Translations under genes and position numbers: made by a program
Source: Candidatus Hadarchaeota archaeon
GTDB lineage: Archaea; Hadarchaeota; Hadarchaeia; Hadarchaeales; Hadarchaeaceae
Length of the DNA: 32,000 bases
Assembly: GCA_964514965.1 (NCBI GenBank)
Contig: CAZETV010000001.1
Coordinates: 813,063-845,062 of the forward strand
Direction of reading: 5' to 3'
In this document: positions 7,724-16,965 of the stretch, one piece after another
Layout of the letters: the number at the start of each line of letters is the position of its first letter
Numbering within the stretch: position 1 is the stretch's first letter
The notes under the pieces: generated by a model
Databases searched by the model: none
Told to the model about the DNA's origin: nothing
The model's input: only the letters and a program-made list of their open reading frames with translations

Positions 7724-9034
7724 GTGAAAGTGGTATCGAACTCTAAGAATGAATCGTTGGTGAGGCTGGCCTTGATTGCTCCCGAATATGTAGCAACGCT
7801 AGACCCGTTTGGAGATGAGGCAAAGAAGCTGGTGGAGAAGTCACCCCCGCTGGATTCGATGCCGCAGGAAATAGTCGACCGAGCCATCGCGCGCGTGAAA
7901 TGGTCGAGCAAGGAAATGGTGGTTGAGTCTGATATCGAGGCAATTCGAGCTGACGTTCTCTCCTTTTATCTCATGTGCCAGGGCGTGGCCGCGGTTTCCT
8001 ACCCCTACTCGCGCGAGACCCGCATGATAAGTGACATGACAAAGAACGCGATCAAGTATCGCATGTACGACCTCTTCAAGCGCGGGCACGGTAATTTGTG
8101 TTTGGAGGTGGTTAAGCGTTCGATTAAACTCGTTGAGCTGGAGGAAGGCGATGTGGTCAAGCTCGGTAGTGTAGAAATTCCTCGGGAGGACCTCTACAAG
8201 ATACGCGACCGACGCCTCGCGGAGGACGGCGTAGAGACAATAGACGATCGCTTGCTCCCGCAGTATTTGCCCAGATACGGGGTGCGCTGGACGGATCTGG
8301 CTCTCCTGCTCAGACATCGACGCGCCGAGCTGACGAAGTTCTATCTGGTGAACGGCAGGGCGGTGATTACTCCCCGTGATCTCTGGGATCTTTTTTCGGC
8401 CTTCATAGCCGTGCGAACAGAGGAATACGTGACATTGGTGTACGAGCGCTTCTCGGACGTTGGGGCGCCACCCGAGCGGCTCACCGAAGTTGGCGAACGC
8501 ATTTCCTCGCTTTTGCCGCCGGAACTCGAACTTCGCGAGAGGTTTGCGCGCGTGCCGGGAGGAAAGCTTCGCCCGGACTCTTTCCCACCTTGCGTGAAAA
8601 CAGCAATGGGCGGGGTCGGCTCTGGAATGAGGAACTATGCGATCACTTTTCTGCTGACTTCGTTTCTCTCTTACGCGCGCGTTTCCCCCTCGGGCAAGGT
8701 CGCCAATCGGATTGGTGATTTCATCAAGGACATTTCGGTCGTTCGGGATGAGATTGCGGCTCCAATTTTTGAAGCGGCCGAGCGATGCAAACCACCGTTT
8801 TTCAAAGATCAACCCCAAGAAAAGGCAAATGTTTACTACCACCTCGGGTTCGGCATGACGACCGAGCCCCGCTTGGACGGCAGTGGAAAATCGAAGTGGT
8901 ACCGTTGCCCGAATTGTTCGAAAATACAGATGTCGGCCGCATCGCTCTGCGACCCAGACGAATTTTGCCGTGACCGTAAGATAAAGAATCCACTCACCTA
9001 TTATTTTAGAAAAGTATCCGAGGCAGGTGGATAA
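7724..9034 (+). CDS. priL: DNA primase large (regulatory) subunit PriL
   Basis: 436 aa. It has the Fe-S domain signature PDSFPPCVKTAMGG...RNYAITFLLTSFL and the C-terminal NPLTYY. It lies immediately upstream of priS. GTG start. Confidence 0.9.
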   Translation: MKVVSNSKNESLVRLALIAPEYVATLDPFGDEAKKLVEKSPPLDSMPQEIVDRAIARVKWSSKEMVVESDIEAIRADVLSFYLMCQGVAAVSYPYSRETRMISDMTKNAIKYRMYDLFKRGHGNLCLEVVKRSIKLVELEEGDVVKLGSVEIPREDLYKIRDRRLAEDGVETIDDRLLPQYLPRYGVRWTDLALLLRHRRAELTKFYLVNGRAVITPRDLWDLFSAFIAVRTEEYVTLVYERFSDVGAPPERLTEVGERISSLLPPELELRERFARVPGGKLRPDSFPPCVKTAMGGVGSGMRNYAITFLLTSFLSYARVSPSGKVANRIGDFIKDISVVRDEIAAPIFEAAERCKPPFFKDQPQEKANVYYHLGFGMTTEPRLDGSGKSKWYRCPNCSKIQMSAASLCDPDEFCRDRKIKNPLTYYFRKVSEAGG

Positions 9035-9991
9035 ATGAAAATGCGCGAGGCAACCCCAGAGGAGCGAAAGCAATTTTACTCCGAGGAATGGAACAAAAGC
9101 GAGTTGCCCGATTTTATCCTCCACACCCTTTCCCTCCGTGAGTTCGGGTTCGATCTGGATGGCACGGGGCCAAGCCACAGATACAATCAGTTCATGACCG
9201 TCGAGAGACTGATGGAGTATTTACGAAACAGGGTGCCTTACTCCGTCTTCGCCAGCGTCGCACTTTACGATCAGCCGTCGATGCGGAAGGGGTGGCTGAA
9301 ATCCGAGCTCGCGTTTGATATAGACGCGAAGGATCTCCCTCTGAAAAGTTGCGATTGCACGTCCGGGAAAGTTTGTGAACGATGCATCGATGAGGCCCGT
9401 CGAATCGCGATGGAGTTCGCCGAGACCATGAGCACGGATTTGGGGCTGCGTAACATCGTCTTTTCATATTCGGGTCGCGGCTTCCACATTCGAGTAAATG
9501 ACGATACAATAATGACGTTGGAGCAAACCGAGCGAACCCAAGTTGTTGAGTATGTCACCGGCAGCGTGATCCCTACCGATTTCACGATGGCGCTTGGGTA
9601 TTCTCAGGTATTTCGGGAGCGCCTCGCGCGGACTTTAAGGGGGATGGACGAGCAGCGACTTTTGAAAGCTCGCGGATTGAGAAAGTCCATGATTCAAAAA
9701 CTCTTGGCGGAGAAGGAACGGGCTTTGGAGGCGATACGCAGGGGAAAATTGGATGAGCTTTCCTCGCTCGGTGGGTTTGGCCCAAAGACATTTCGACAAC
9801 TTTTGGATTTTTTGGTTAGGCTGAATTCGGAATGCACAGATGGTAAGGTCACGATTGACACGAAGCGCATCTTGCGTTTACCCTCAAGCTTACACTCAGG
9901 AGTGAGCATGAAATGTATGGTCGTGCGGGACATGGAGCATTTCAAGCTGGAAGACGCGCTCCCAAAATTTGTACGTGAGCGTGAGAGCTGA
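9035..9991 (+). CDS. priS: DNA primase small (catalytic) subunit PriS
   Basis: AEP primase motifs ELAFDIDAKD (motif I), SGRGFHIRV (motif II) and RILRLPSSLHSG (motif III). The ATG directly follows the priL stop. Confidence 0.92.
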   Translation: MKMREATPEERKQFYSEEWNKSELPDFILHTLSLREFGFDLDGTGPSHRYNQFMTVERLMEYLRNRVPYSVFASVALYDQPSMRKGWLKSELAFDIDAKDLPLKSCDCTSGKVCERCIDEARRIAMEFAETMSTDLGLRNIVFSYSGRGFHIRVNDDTIMTLEQTERTQVVEYVTGSVIPTDFTMALGYSQVFRERLARTLRGMDEQRLLKARGLRKSMIQKLLAEKERALEAIRRGKLDELSSLGGFGPKTFRQLLDFLVRLNSECTDGKVTIDTKRILRLPSSLHSGVSMKCMVVRDMEHFKLEDALPKFVRERES

Positions 9992-10542
9992 TGGTTGAAT
10001 TTTCGTATAATGACGTGAAGCAGGTGTGGTTGGCGGAAAAAACTTCGCGCGAGCTCGTGGAGATCCCAGAGGAATTCTACCAAAATGCAGCTAAGTACGT
10101 GGTGCAGCTGAATCTCGAGCTCAAGCGCAGCGAACCCCTGCGGGAGGAGCTGTTGCGTGAGGAACTCCAAAATGTGTTTCAGATGGTACAGGAGATTTAC
10201 CTCTCCCGCACGCTCAAGGCCATCGATGAGGTAACTCAGGGGAGGCTGCCGAATCCCTTGCTGGAGCGCGAGCGCTACGCGTTTAACGAGATAAGGCAGA
10301 GCTTGGAGAAACTTTGTGCCGAACTCATCCCTCCAACGATTTCCGGGGGTGCGGAACTCGCGATGTCTCGTGAGATAACAAATGTTTTATTGATTATGCA
10401 GGATGAGGTTCCGACCATAGTCGGCGATGACCTCCAGCAATACGGGCCATTCAAGAAGGGAGAGATCGCCAGCCTACCGAGACGCAGCGCTGAACTCATG
10501 GTGAAGCATGGTCTCGCGAGAAAAATTGAGGTAAATGGTTAG
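9991..10542 (+). CDS. GINS complex subunit (Gins51/Gins15-type)
   Basis: 183 aa, with a helical N-domain and a C-terminal small beta domain (YGPFKKGEIASLPRRSAELMVKHGLARKIE). It is coupled to priS (TGATG). Linkage of gins15 with priS is a known archaeal arrangement. Confidence 0.65.
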   Translation: MVEFSYNDVKQVWLAEKTSRELVEIPEEFYQNAAKYVVQLNLELKRSEPLREELLREELQNVFQMVQEIYLSRTLKAIDEVTQGRLPNPLLERERYAFNEIRQSLEKLCAELIPPTISGGAELAMSREITNVLLIMQDEVPTIVGDDLQQYGPFKKGEIASLPRRSAELMVKHGLARKIEVNG

Positions 10543-10553
10543 TCGGCGATACC

Positions 10554-10560
10554 TTTTTTT
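10554..10560 (+). terminator. oligo-T tract (T7) after the priL-priS-GINS operon
   Basis: The T7 run begins 12 nt after the GINS stop codon. Archaeal RNAP terminates at oligo-T tracts. Confidence 0.45.
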
Positions 10561-10589
10561 GGGGAAGAGGCTAAAATTTAAGAGATTAC

Positions 10590-10868
10590 ATGAAAGTTCC
10601 AAAAAAGCTTCACACATATTGCCCGTCTTGTAGGAAGCACACCGGGCACAAGGTGTCCCAACTTAAAAAGCGCGCCCCGCGCCGGCTGAGTTGGGGGCAG
10701 CGTCAGTTCGCGCGTGTCACGTCTGGGTACGGCAGCCAGCCTAGGTCCGAGCAGAAGAAATTTGCGAAGGCGACAAAGAAGGTGGTCCTGATGCTTAAGT
10801 GTAGTGTCTGCGGGAAGTCCCACCCTCGTCGCGGTTTTAGGGCGAAAAGTGTGAAGTTTGAGGAATAG
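10590..10868 (+). CDS. rpl44e: ribosomal protein L44e (eL42)
   Basis: 92 aa. It contains KKLHTYCPSCRKHTGHKVSQLKK...KCSVCGK, a zinc-ribbon basic protein, and sits first in the conserved L44e-S27e-aIF2alpha-Nop10 cluster. Confidence 0.92.
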   Translation: MKVPKKLHTYCPSCRKHTGHKVSQLKKRAPRRLSWGQRQFARVTSGYGSQPRSEQKKFAKATKKVVLMLKCSVCGKSHPRRGFRAKSVKFEE

Positions 10869-10876
10869 GTGAGCAA

Positions 10877-11056
10877 ATGCAGGAAAAACAGCGCTCGAAA
10901 TTTTTGAAGCTTAGATGTAATGGTTGCGAGAATGAACAGTTGGTGTACAGTCATGTTAGCTCTATCGTCAAATGCAAAGTATGTGGCAAGACGCTCGCGA
11001 TACCGCGTGGAGGAAAGGCGGAGATAAAGACCACGATTCTTGGTATGGTGGAGTGA
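10877..11056 (+). CDS. rps27e: ribosomal protein S27e (eS27)
   Basis: Not in ORF track (59 aa). The product is MQEKQRSKFLKLRCNGCENEQLVYSHVSSIVKCKVCGKTLAIPRGGKAEIKTTILGMVE, with the CxxC...CxxC ribbon and PxGGKA motif of S27e. Confidence 0.9.
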   Translation: MQEKQRSKFLKLRCNGCENEQLVYSHVSSIVKCKVCGKTLAIPRGGKAEIKTTILGMVE

Positions 11057-11066
11057 AGGGGGCGTT

Positions 11067-11867
11067 TTGCTGGTAAAACGTAAGTCGAAGTGGCCGACCG
11101 TTGATGAGTTCGTCATGTGTACGGTAAAAAAGGTCTTCAATCAAGGCGCATTCATGAGGCTCGATGAGTATGACGGAGAAGAAGGAATGGTTCACATCTC
11201 TGAGGTCGCTTCGGGCTGGATTAAAAACATTCGTGATTACGTTCGAGAGGGGCAAAAAGTGGTGTGCAAAGTTTTGGCAGTGGACCCAAAACGAAAGCAT
11301 GTTGACCTCTCGATTCGCAGGGTCAAGGACAGCGAGCGCCGGTGGAAGGTGCAGCAGTTAAAACGGGAGCAGAGAGCTGAGAAGCTTCTTGAACTGGCGG
11401 CGGGCAGGCTCGGGAAAAATCTTGACGAAGCATACGAGGAAGTGGGCCTTGCGTTGGAGAACAAATTTGGTGACCTTTACTCGGCGCTCGAGTCGGCTGC
11501 AAAGGACAAGAGCGCACTGGTTGATGTGGTCAAGGACCAGCGTTGGGCGGAGGTGCTCAGCGATATTGCGGCCTCAAAGGTCGAAGCGCCGTCTTATGAC
11601 GTCGTTGGTTACCTCGACTTGAGTTGTCCTTCCTCCAGTGGTATCGAGGTGATAAAATCAGCCATGATTGACATCCGCGACTCCACGAAGGGGAATGGGA
11701 TTAATGTGGAGTTTTACTATGTGGGTTCGCCGAGATATCGTATCGAGGTTACTGCCCCCTCGTACAAAGTTGCTGAAAACGTGATGCAGAAGGCAGTTGA
11801 TGAGGTCATCGCAGTCGTGAAAAAGGCAGGCGGTAAAGGAGAATTTTACAGGACGATGCGGAGATGA
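11067..11867 (+). CDS. eif2a: translation initiation factor aIF2 alpha subunit
   Basis: It has an S1 domain (GAFMRLDEYDGEEGMVHISEVASGWIKNIRDYVREGQKVVCKVLAVDPKRKHVDLSIRRV) followed by helical and alpha-beta domains. The start is uncertain: TTG 11067 is chosen because the track start at 11040 overlaps S27e. Confidence 0.9.
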   Translation: MLVKRKSKWPTVDEFVMCTVKKVFNQGAFMRLDEYDGEEGMVHISEVASGWIKNIRDYVREGQKVVCKVLAVDPKRKHVDLSIRRVKDSERRWKVQQLKREQRAEKLLELAAGRLGKNLDEAYEEVGLALENKFGDLYSALESAAKDKSALVDVVKDQRWAEVLSDIAASKVEAPSYDVVGYLDLSCPSSSGIEVIKSAMIDIRDSTKGNGINVEFYYVGSPRYRIEVTAPSYKVAENVMQKAVDEVIAVVKKAGGKGEFYRTMRR

Positions 11868-12025
11868 AATTAAAAAAATGTAAATCGTGTGGTGCGTATA
11901 CGCTTAAGGATGTGTGCCCGAGTTGTAGCGGACAAGCAATTTCACCTCACCCACCCAAATTCTCACCTCTCGACCCCTACGGCAAATACCGGCGTATGCT
12001 GAAAAAGCAGGCGGGGAAGGTTTGA
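11864..12025 (+). CDS. nop10: H/ACA RNP protein Nop10
   Basis: Not in ORF track (53 aa). The product is MKLKKCKSCGAYTLKDVCPSCSGQAISPHPPKFSPLDPYGKYRRMLKKQAGKV, with the Nop10 zinc ribbon and PxKFSPxDxYxxYR motif. ATGA overlap with eif2a. Confidence 0.9.
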   Translation: MKLKKCKSCGAYTLKDVCPSCSGQAISPHPPKFSPLDPYGKYRRMLKKQAGKV

Positions 12026-12027
12026 AA

Positions 12028-12789
12028 ATGGAAAAGACGACTGTGAAAATTCTCTCAAAGCCCAAGCTAAAGGCGCCGGGCCTAATCGAGGGCTTACCGG
12101 GCATGGGTTACGTTGGAAAGTTGGCGGCTGAGCACTTGCTGGAAGAGCTTCACGCAAAAAAATTTGCTGAGCTTTGTTCGCCTTACTTCCCACATCATGT
12201 TGTGGTCAAAGCGGACGGCACACTAAGGCCGCTGAGGAACGAATTTTATTGGGCACGCGCCGATGGCAAAGATGTTATAATTTTGACCGGGGATGTACAG
12301 CCGATATCTTCTGAGGGACACTATGAGGTCGTCAAAAACATCCTCGGCATTGTAGAGAAGTTCAAGGTGAAACAGCTCTTCACCCTCGGCGGGTATGCCA
12401 CGGGTAAGTATTCGAAGACGAAGCCGAAAGTCATAGGGGTGGGGAACCCCGCGCTTTTGAAGGAATTCAAGAAGTATGGCGTCGAGGTGGAGGAAGGTGG
12501 AGGGCCGATAATTGGTGCTGCGGGTTTGTTGCTGGGGCTTGGAAGACTGCGCGGGATACGCGGGGCATGTTTACTTGGTGAAACCCACGGGATGATGGTT
12601 GACCACCGCGCTGCGCAGGCGGTACTAGAGGTGCTCGTTGGCGTGTTGGGTATAAATGTAAACATGACTGCTCTCGAACATCGCGCGAGGGAAACGGAGC
12701 GTATGCTAGATCAGATACGGAAAGAGATGGATATTCATACGAACAAGGAGCGGCGGCGCGAAGAGGAAGATGCGTGGTATATAGGGTAG
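12028..12789 (+). CDS. PAC2-family proteasome assembly chaperone (COG1938)
   Basis: The segments LIEGLPGMGYVGKLAAEHL...ILTGDVQP...GGPIIGAAGLLLG are typical of archaeal PAC2/PbaA-B-like proteins. The gene occupies the conserved position after nop10. Confidence 0.72.
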   Translation: MEKTTVKILSKPKLKAPGLIEGLPGMGYVGKLAAEHLLEELHAKKFAELCSPYFPHHVVVKADGTLRPLRNEFYWARADGKDVIILTGDVQPISSEGHYEVVKNILGIVEKFKVKQLFTLGGYATGKYSKTKPKVIGVGNPALLKEFKKYGVEVEEGGGPIIGAAGLLLGLGRLRGIRGACLLGETHGMMVDHRAAQAVLEVLVGVLGINVNMTALEHRARETERMLDQIRKEMDIHTNKERRREEEDAWYIG

Positions 12790-12790
12790 A

Positions 12791-12796
12791 TTTTTT
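12791..12796 (+). terminator. oligo-T tract (T6) after the L44e...PAC2 operon
   Basis: The T6 run starts 2 nt after the PAC2 stop codon. Confidence 0.4.
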
Positions 12797-12861
12797 CCTA
12801 GATGGCAACTTCGGATCGGTAGATTAACCTTTGGAGTGAGGGTTAACAGAATCCTCTTAAG

Positions 12862-12870
12862 CTTTTAAAA
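12862..12870 (+). promoter_or_regulatory. TATA-box-like element upstream of the EndoQ-like gene
   Basis: CTTTTAAAA lies about 35 nt upstream of GTG 12902, a spacing compatible with a near-leaderless archaeal transcript. Confidence 0.35.
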
Positions 12871-12901
12871 CGTTGAACCGCAACATCGAGTAGGTATCCG
12901 C

Positions 12902-14146
12902 GTGCCTGAGTTCCAAACTTATCCCGCTGACTTACACATACATTCCAAATACTCGGGTGCAACTTCAAAGAGGATGGATTTGGATATCGTCGCGCAGCAG
13001 GCCAAACTCAAGGGTCTGGCGTTCGTGGGCACGGGCGATGTTTTTCATCCTAGGTGGTTTGAGAGCATAAAAACGGAGCTCGAGGAAATCGCAGAGGGTA
13101 CATTCGAGCATCCCCGCTACCACACAAAGTTCGTTCTGACCGTGGAGATCGAAGACAGGCACCGCGTTCACCATTTAATTTTTCTGCCTAGCCTTTCCAC
13201 CGTCGAAAGTGTGCGTGAGGAACTCGCAAAACATTCAAGTGACATAAATGCAGATGGACGTGCACGAATTGAGTTGGATGCCCCGGGAATAGTTGACATA
13301 GCACTGGCGCATGACTGTTTGATCGGGCCCAGCCACGCTTTCACGCCGTGGACAAGCATGTACAAGGAATTCGACAGCATGCGGGCCTGCTATGGTGACA
13401 GGGTGAACGACGTGAAATTCTTGGAGCTCGGGCTGAGTGCGGACACCTCCATGGCGGATCAGATTGCGGAGCTGGGAGATGTTACCTTCTTGGCGAATAG
13501 CGATGCCCATTCACCTTGGCCCGATAAATTAGGGCGCGAGTTCAACCGCTTCGAGCTGATGGAACCGACCTACGCTGAGATTATTAAAGCGATCAAGCGG
13601 GAAAATGGGCGACATATCGTACTGAATGTCGGTTTCGATCCCCGCTTGGGTAAATATCACATGACTGCCTGTTCGCGTTGTTACAAGCAGTTCACATTTG
13701 AGCAAGCGAAAGCATCGCGATGGCGTTGCGATAAATGTGGCGGATGGGTCAAGAAGGGGGTCCGGGACCGTGTCAGTGAGCTTGCTGATTATCCGGAGCC
13801 AAGACATCCGCCTCATCGACCCGACTACTTACGGATAGCGCCGCTCGCCGAAGTTATTGCATTGGCGCTGGGAGAAAAAAATGCTCACGTTCCTGAAGTC
13901 CAATCGATGTGGGAGAAGCTTGTTTCACGTTTCGGCAACGAGATTGGAGTGCTCGTAGATGTCCCTCCAGAGGAGCTCGCAAATGCAGCTGGGACGAAAG
14001 TTGCGGCAGTAATCAAGGCATTTAGAGCGGGCGAGTTGAAGGTGATTGCAGGGGGAGGGGGAAGATACGGATATCTTGAAATCCCTCTCGAGCTTACCAC
14101 AACCTTACCTCCGAAAGCTCAACGCACGCTGATGGATTTTGGGTAA
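12902..14146 (+). CDS. endoQ: EndoQ-like PHP-domain endonuclease (TIGR00375 family) with C-terminal PIP box
   Basis: It has the PHP motif ADLHIHSKYS, then GTGD, RVHHLIF, GPSHAFTPWTS, LELGLSADT, SDAHSP and GREFNRF. It also has the zinc finger CSRCY...CDKCGG, then GVRDRV and GGGGRYG, and the C-terminal QRTLMDFG (Qxx[L]xxF). This matches my recollection of Pyrococcus EndoQ. Confidence 0.8.
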   Translation: MPEFQTYPADLHIHSKYSGATSKRMDLDIVAQQAKLKGLAFVGTGDVFHPRWFESIKTELEEIAEGTFEHPRYHTKFVLTVEIEDRHRVHHLIFLPSLSTVESVREELAKHSSDINADGRARIELDAPGIVDIALAHDCLIGPSHAFTPWTSMYKEFDSMRACYGDRVNDVKFLELGLSADTSMADQIAELGDVTFLANSDAHSPWPDKLGREFNRFELMEPTYAEIIKAIKRENGRHIVLNVGFDPRLGKYHMTACSRCYKQFTFEQAKASRWRCDKCGGWVKKGVRDRVSELADYPEPRHPPHRPDYLRIAPLAEVIALALGEKNAHVPEVQSMWEKLVSRFGNEIGVLVDVPPEELANAAGTKVAAVIKAFRAGELKVIAGGGGRYGYLEIPLELTTTLPPKAQRTLMDFG

Positions 14147-14244
14147 AAGTCTTACGTTTTCCCCATTTCGATTAAGGAATTAAAAATTTTAGACGTGCTG
14201 CTAATTCTTCTTGATGCGGGAGGGATATAATGACGTTTTTTCCA

Positions 14245-14255
14245 TTTTATAAATA
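14245..14255 (+). promoter_or_regulatory. TATA-box-like element upstream of ferredoxin/GGR operon
   Basis: TTTTATAAATA lies about 35-40 nt upstream of ATG 14287, within an AT-rich intergenic region. Confidence 0.4.
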
Positions 14256-14286
14256 GTAGTTATTGCTACTAATTTTGAGGCATGTG

Positions 14287-14460
14287 ATGAAGGTTGATAC
14301 AAACATCTGCATAAGGTGCGGTGCGTGTGCGAGCGTTTGTCCTGTAAATGCAATCGAAGTGGCGGATGCCTACGTTCGTGCTGATAAAAGCTGTAATGAC
14401 TGCGGGATTTGCGCAAAATTATGTCCTCTGGGGGCGGTAATGATTGAAAGAAAAGTATGA
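14287..14460 (+). CDS. 2x[4Fe-4S] ferredoxin
   Basis: It has two CxxCxxCxxxCP motifs: CIRCGACASVCP and CNDCGICAKLCP. It overlaps the downstream GGR gene by 17 nt. Ferredoxin plus GGR pairing is known in archaea. Confidence 0.8.
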   Translation: MKVDTNICIRCGACASVCPVNAIEVADAYVRADKSCNDCGICAKLCPLGAVMIERKV

Positions 14461-15634
14461 TATTGTAGTAGTAGGGGCGGGCCCAGCAGGGTCGATGGCT
14501 GCTCGGGCGGCTGCTAGAGCCGGGGCAGAAGTTTTGTTGCTCGATAAACGGCGCGAACTCGGGGTGCCGGTACAGTGCGGTGAAGCACTGGCGGAGGAGC
14601 CGCTGTTAGAGCTTGGGATAAAGCCGAACCCCCGATGGATAGCTGGCGAAGTGAACGCGGTTAAACTCATTTCACCATCTGGTCTCGAAGTTTCGATAGC
14701 AGAGAAAAAAGTAATGCACGGTAAAGTTGGCTTCATCTTAGATAGAAAGGTTTTCGACAAGCACCTCGCGATGCTCGCAGCCAAAGAAGGATCGGACGTG
14801 AGGGTTGGAACTTTGGTAGATGGGTTACTGATGGATGGAAAGAAAATAGTCGGCGTGAAGGCCCGCAGCTTTGACGGCAGAATGGAAGCCGAGGCAAAGA
14901 TTGTGATAGCGGCAGATGGGGTTGTTTCCAGAGTGGCGCGTTGGGCTGGCGTTAACACTGCGCTTAAACTGGTGGACATCGAGTCATGCGCGCAGTTCCA
15001 GATGGTTGGCATAGACATCAAGTCACTGGGGATTATGGATTACTATTTTGGGAGCAGGATTACACCTGGCGGTTACGCTTGGATATTCCCGAAGGGTAGA
15101 GATATGGCGAACGTAGGTATAGGTATCCTCGCTAGCCGTATGCAGCGTCCGGCGATAGATTATCTGAAAGACTTTGTGAATTCTATGCCCGGGCTCAAGA
15201 AGGGGCGGGTAATTGAAATAAATGGCGGCGGGGTGCCAGTCGGCGGCCCCATACCGAAGACATTCAAAGATAACTTGTTGATAGTTGGTGATGCAGCTCG
15301 TCAGGTCAACGCTCTGACGGGCGGCGGGATCGACTCAGCCATGCGCGCAGGAAATATAGCAGGCGAAGTTGCAGCGAAAGCGGTAGCTTCGGGGGATGTT
15401 TCAGAGAAAAAACTTAAAGAATACGAAAAGCTTTGGCGCGAGCGGATGGAGAAAAAATTCAAGCGTTATCTGAAGGCTAAAGAAGTGCTTTTGAGTATGT
15501 CCGACGAGGAGCTAGATCAGCTCGCGAAGGTTCTGCAGGGAGGGGAGTTCGAGAAAATAAGCCTGACCGACATATTGAAGGTATTAATGAAAGTTAGTCC
15601 GAAGCTCATGTGGAAGCTCAAAGGCCTGATGTGA
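14444..15634 (+). CDS. geranylgeranyl reductase family FAD-dependent oxidoreductase
   Basis: It has the Rossmann motif YDIVVVGAGPAGSMAARAAARAG, then GGYAWIFPKG and LIVGDAARQVNALTGGGI, which are typical of the GGR family. TTG start. Confidence 0.85.
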   Translation: MKEKYDIVVVGAGPAGSMAARAAARAGAEVLLLDKRRELGVPVQCGEALAEEPLLELGIKPNPRWIAGEVNAVKLISPSGLEVSIAEKKVMHGKVGFILDRKVFDKHLAMLAAKEGSDVRVGTLVDGLLMDGKKIVGVKARSFDGRMEAEAKIVIAADGVVSRVARWAGVNTALKLVDIESCAQFQMVGIDIKSLGIMDYYFGSRITPGGYAWIFPKGRDMANVGIGILASRMQRPAIDYLKDFVNSMPGLKKGRVIEINGGGVPVGGPIPKTFKDNLLIVGDAARQVNALTGGGIDSAMRAGNIAGEVAAKAVASGDVSEKKLKEYEKLWRERMEKKFKRYLKAKEVLLSMSDEELDQLAKVLQGGEFEKISLTDILKVLMKVSPKLMWKLKGLM

Positions 15635-15638
15635 AGAG

Positions 15639-16958
15639 TTAAGGGGTCAGCCTTTTCCTGTCCCGCGGGAACAGGACGCATTCTCGAATATTTTCGGCTC
15701 CAGTAAGGATCATCGTCAGACGATCCAGCCCAAGACCCCACCCAGCGTGTGGAGGTAAACCAGTCTGAAAGTTCTGCAGGTGCGACTTGAAACTTTCTAG
15801 GTTCAGCTCCTTCTCCTTCAGTCGCTTGATAAGGAGTTCGTGCTGGTGAATGCGCGTGCCGCCAGAGGCCAGTTCGATTTCGCCGTGCATTAGATCGAAG
15901 GACTCAGATAATTTTGGAGAACCGGGCTTCGATGCGGTGTAAAAAGGTTTTATTGCGAGTGGCCAGTCAACCACAAAATAAGCACCGCCGACCAGTTCGC
16001 CGAGTTTTCGCTCCGCTGGAGTCGACAGGTCCTCACCCCACGGAACTTTTACTCCCGCTCGTTCCAACTTCTCGAGGGCCTCGTCGTAAGTTACGCGCGG
16101 GAACGGTTTTTTCGGAACGTCCAGTTTGTGCTCAAGCACTTTCATTTCCTTTGCGCATGTTCGCTTTACCTGCGAGAAGACTTTAACGATTAAATCTTCA
16201 AGAATTTTCATCACGTCCTCAGCCGTCGCATACGCGGCCTCAATATCGATTGAAATTGCTTCGTTCAGGTGTCGCGGCGTGTCATGCTCCTCGGCGCGGT
16301 ATATCGGCCCAACCTCAAAGACGCGCTCGAAACAGCCCGTGAGCACCTCTTTGTAGAGCTGGGGGCTCTGGCTCAGGAAAGCTTCGCGCTCGAAGTAGGA
16401 AATGGGAAAAAGTGCGGCGCCGCTCTCGGTTGCGGTTGCCACGATTTTCGGCGTGTTTACTTCGATGAGGCCCTCTGAAATGAGATGTTCTCTCGCGCTC
16501 TGAAGGGCTTGGTGGCGAATTTTGAAGATAGCGAGCGACTCCGGGCGGCGGAGGTCAAGTGCCCGTGCATCTAGACGTGTATCCAAGTTAGCTTTTACCC
16601 GCCCTCTAGGGTCGAGTGGTAAAGGAACGGCGGCGAGGTTTAAAATTTTGACATCCGATGGCACAATCTCGACACCACGCGGGGCCTGCTTTGCGGCCAC
16701 GACTTTACCTTTCACTGCCACCGCTGACTCCTGGGTTAAGCTGTCGATTTTAGCCAGAACTTTTTTATCAGTTTTGGCTTTTGGCGCCGTAACTTGAATT
16801 TGGCCGGAAATATCAGAAAGAATAAAGAATTTGATCCCTCCAAGGTCGCGGGCGTCACCGACCCTCCCCATCGCAACAACTTCTTTACCGGCCAACTCAG
16901 GCGTGACCTCATTTGAAAGGTGCGTCCGCCGCCAGTTTTCTATTTCTTCGAGCTTCAT
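15639..16958 (-). CDS. aspS: aspartyl-tRNA synthetase, archaeal type (class IIb)
   Basis: It has an N-terminal OB anticodon-binding domain, then class II motifs FRAEEHDTPRHLNE, GGTRIH and GLGLDRLTMILTGAENIRECVLFPRDRKRLTP. Confidence 0.93.
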   Translation of the reverse strand: MKLEEIENWRRTHLSNEVTPELAGKEVVAMGRVGDARDLGGIKFFILSDISGQIQVTAPKAKTDKKVLAKIDSLTQESAVAVKGKVVAAKQAPRGVEIVPSDVKILNLAAVPLPLDPRGRVKANLDTRLDARALDLRRPESLAIFKIRHQALQSAREHLISEGLIEVNTPKIVATATESGAALFPISYFEREAFLSQSPQLYKEVLTGCFERVFEVGPIYRAEEHDTPRHLNEAISIDIEAAYATAEDVMKILEDLIVKVFSQVKRTCAKEMKVLEHKLDVPKKPFPRVTYDEALEKLERAGVKVPWGEDLSTPAERKLGELVGGAYFVVDWPLAIKPFYTASKPGSPKLSESFDLMHGEIELASGGTRIHQHELLIKRLKEKELNLESFKSHLQNFQTGLPPHAGWGLGLDRLTMILTGAENIRECVLFPRDRKRLTP

Positions 16959-16965
16959 CTATTCC

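Noticed and set aside
7841-9178. 445-aa minus-strand ORF, the longest in this part of the track
   Set aside because: It lies entirely antisense to the confidently identified priL/priS genes. Its sequence is low-complexity (Arg/Leu/His-rich) with no recognisable motif. It is a shadow ORF of a GC-rich coding region.
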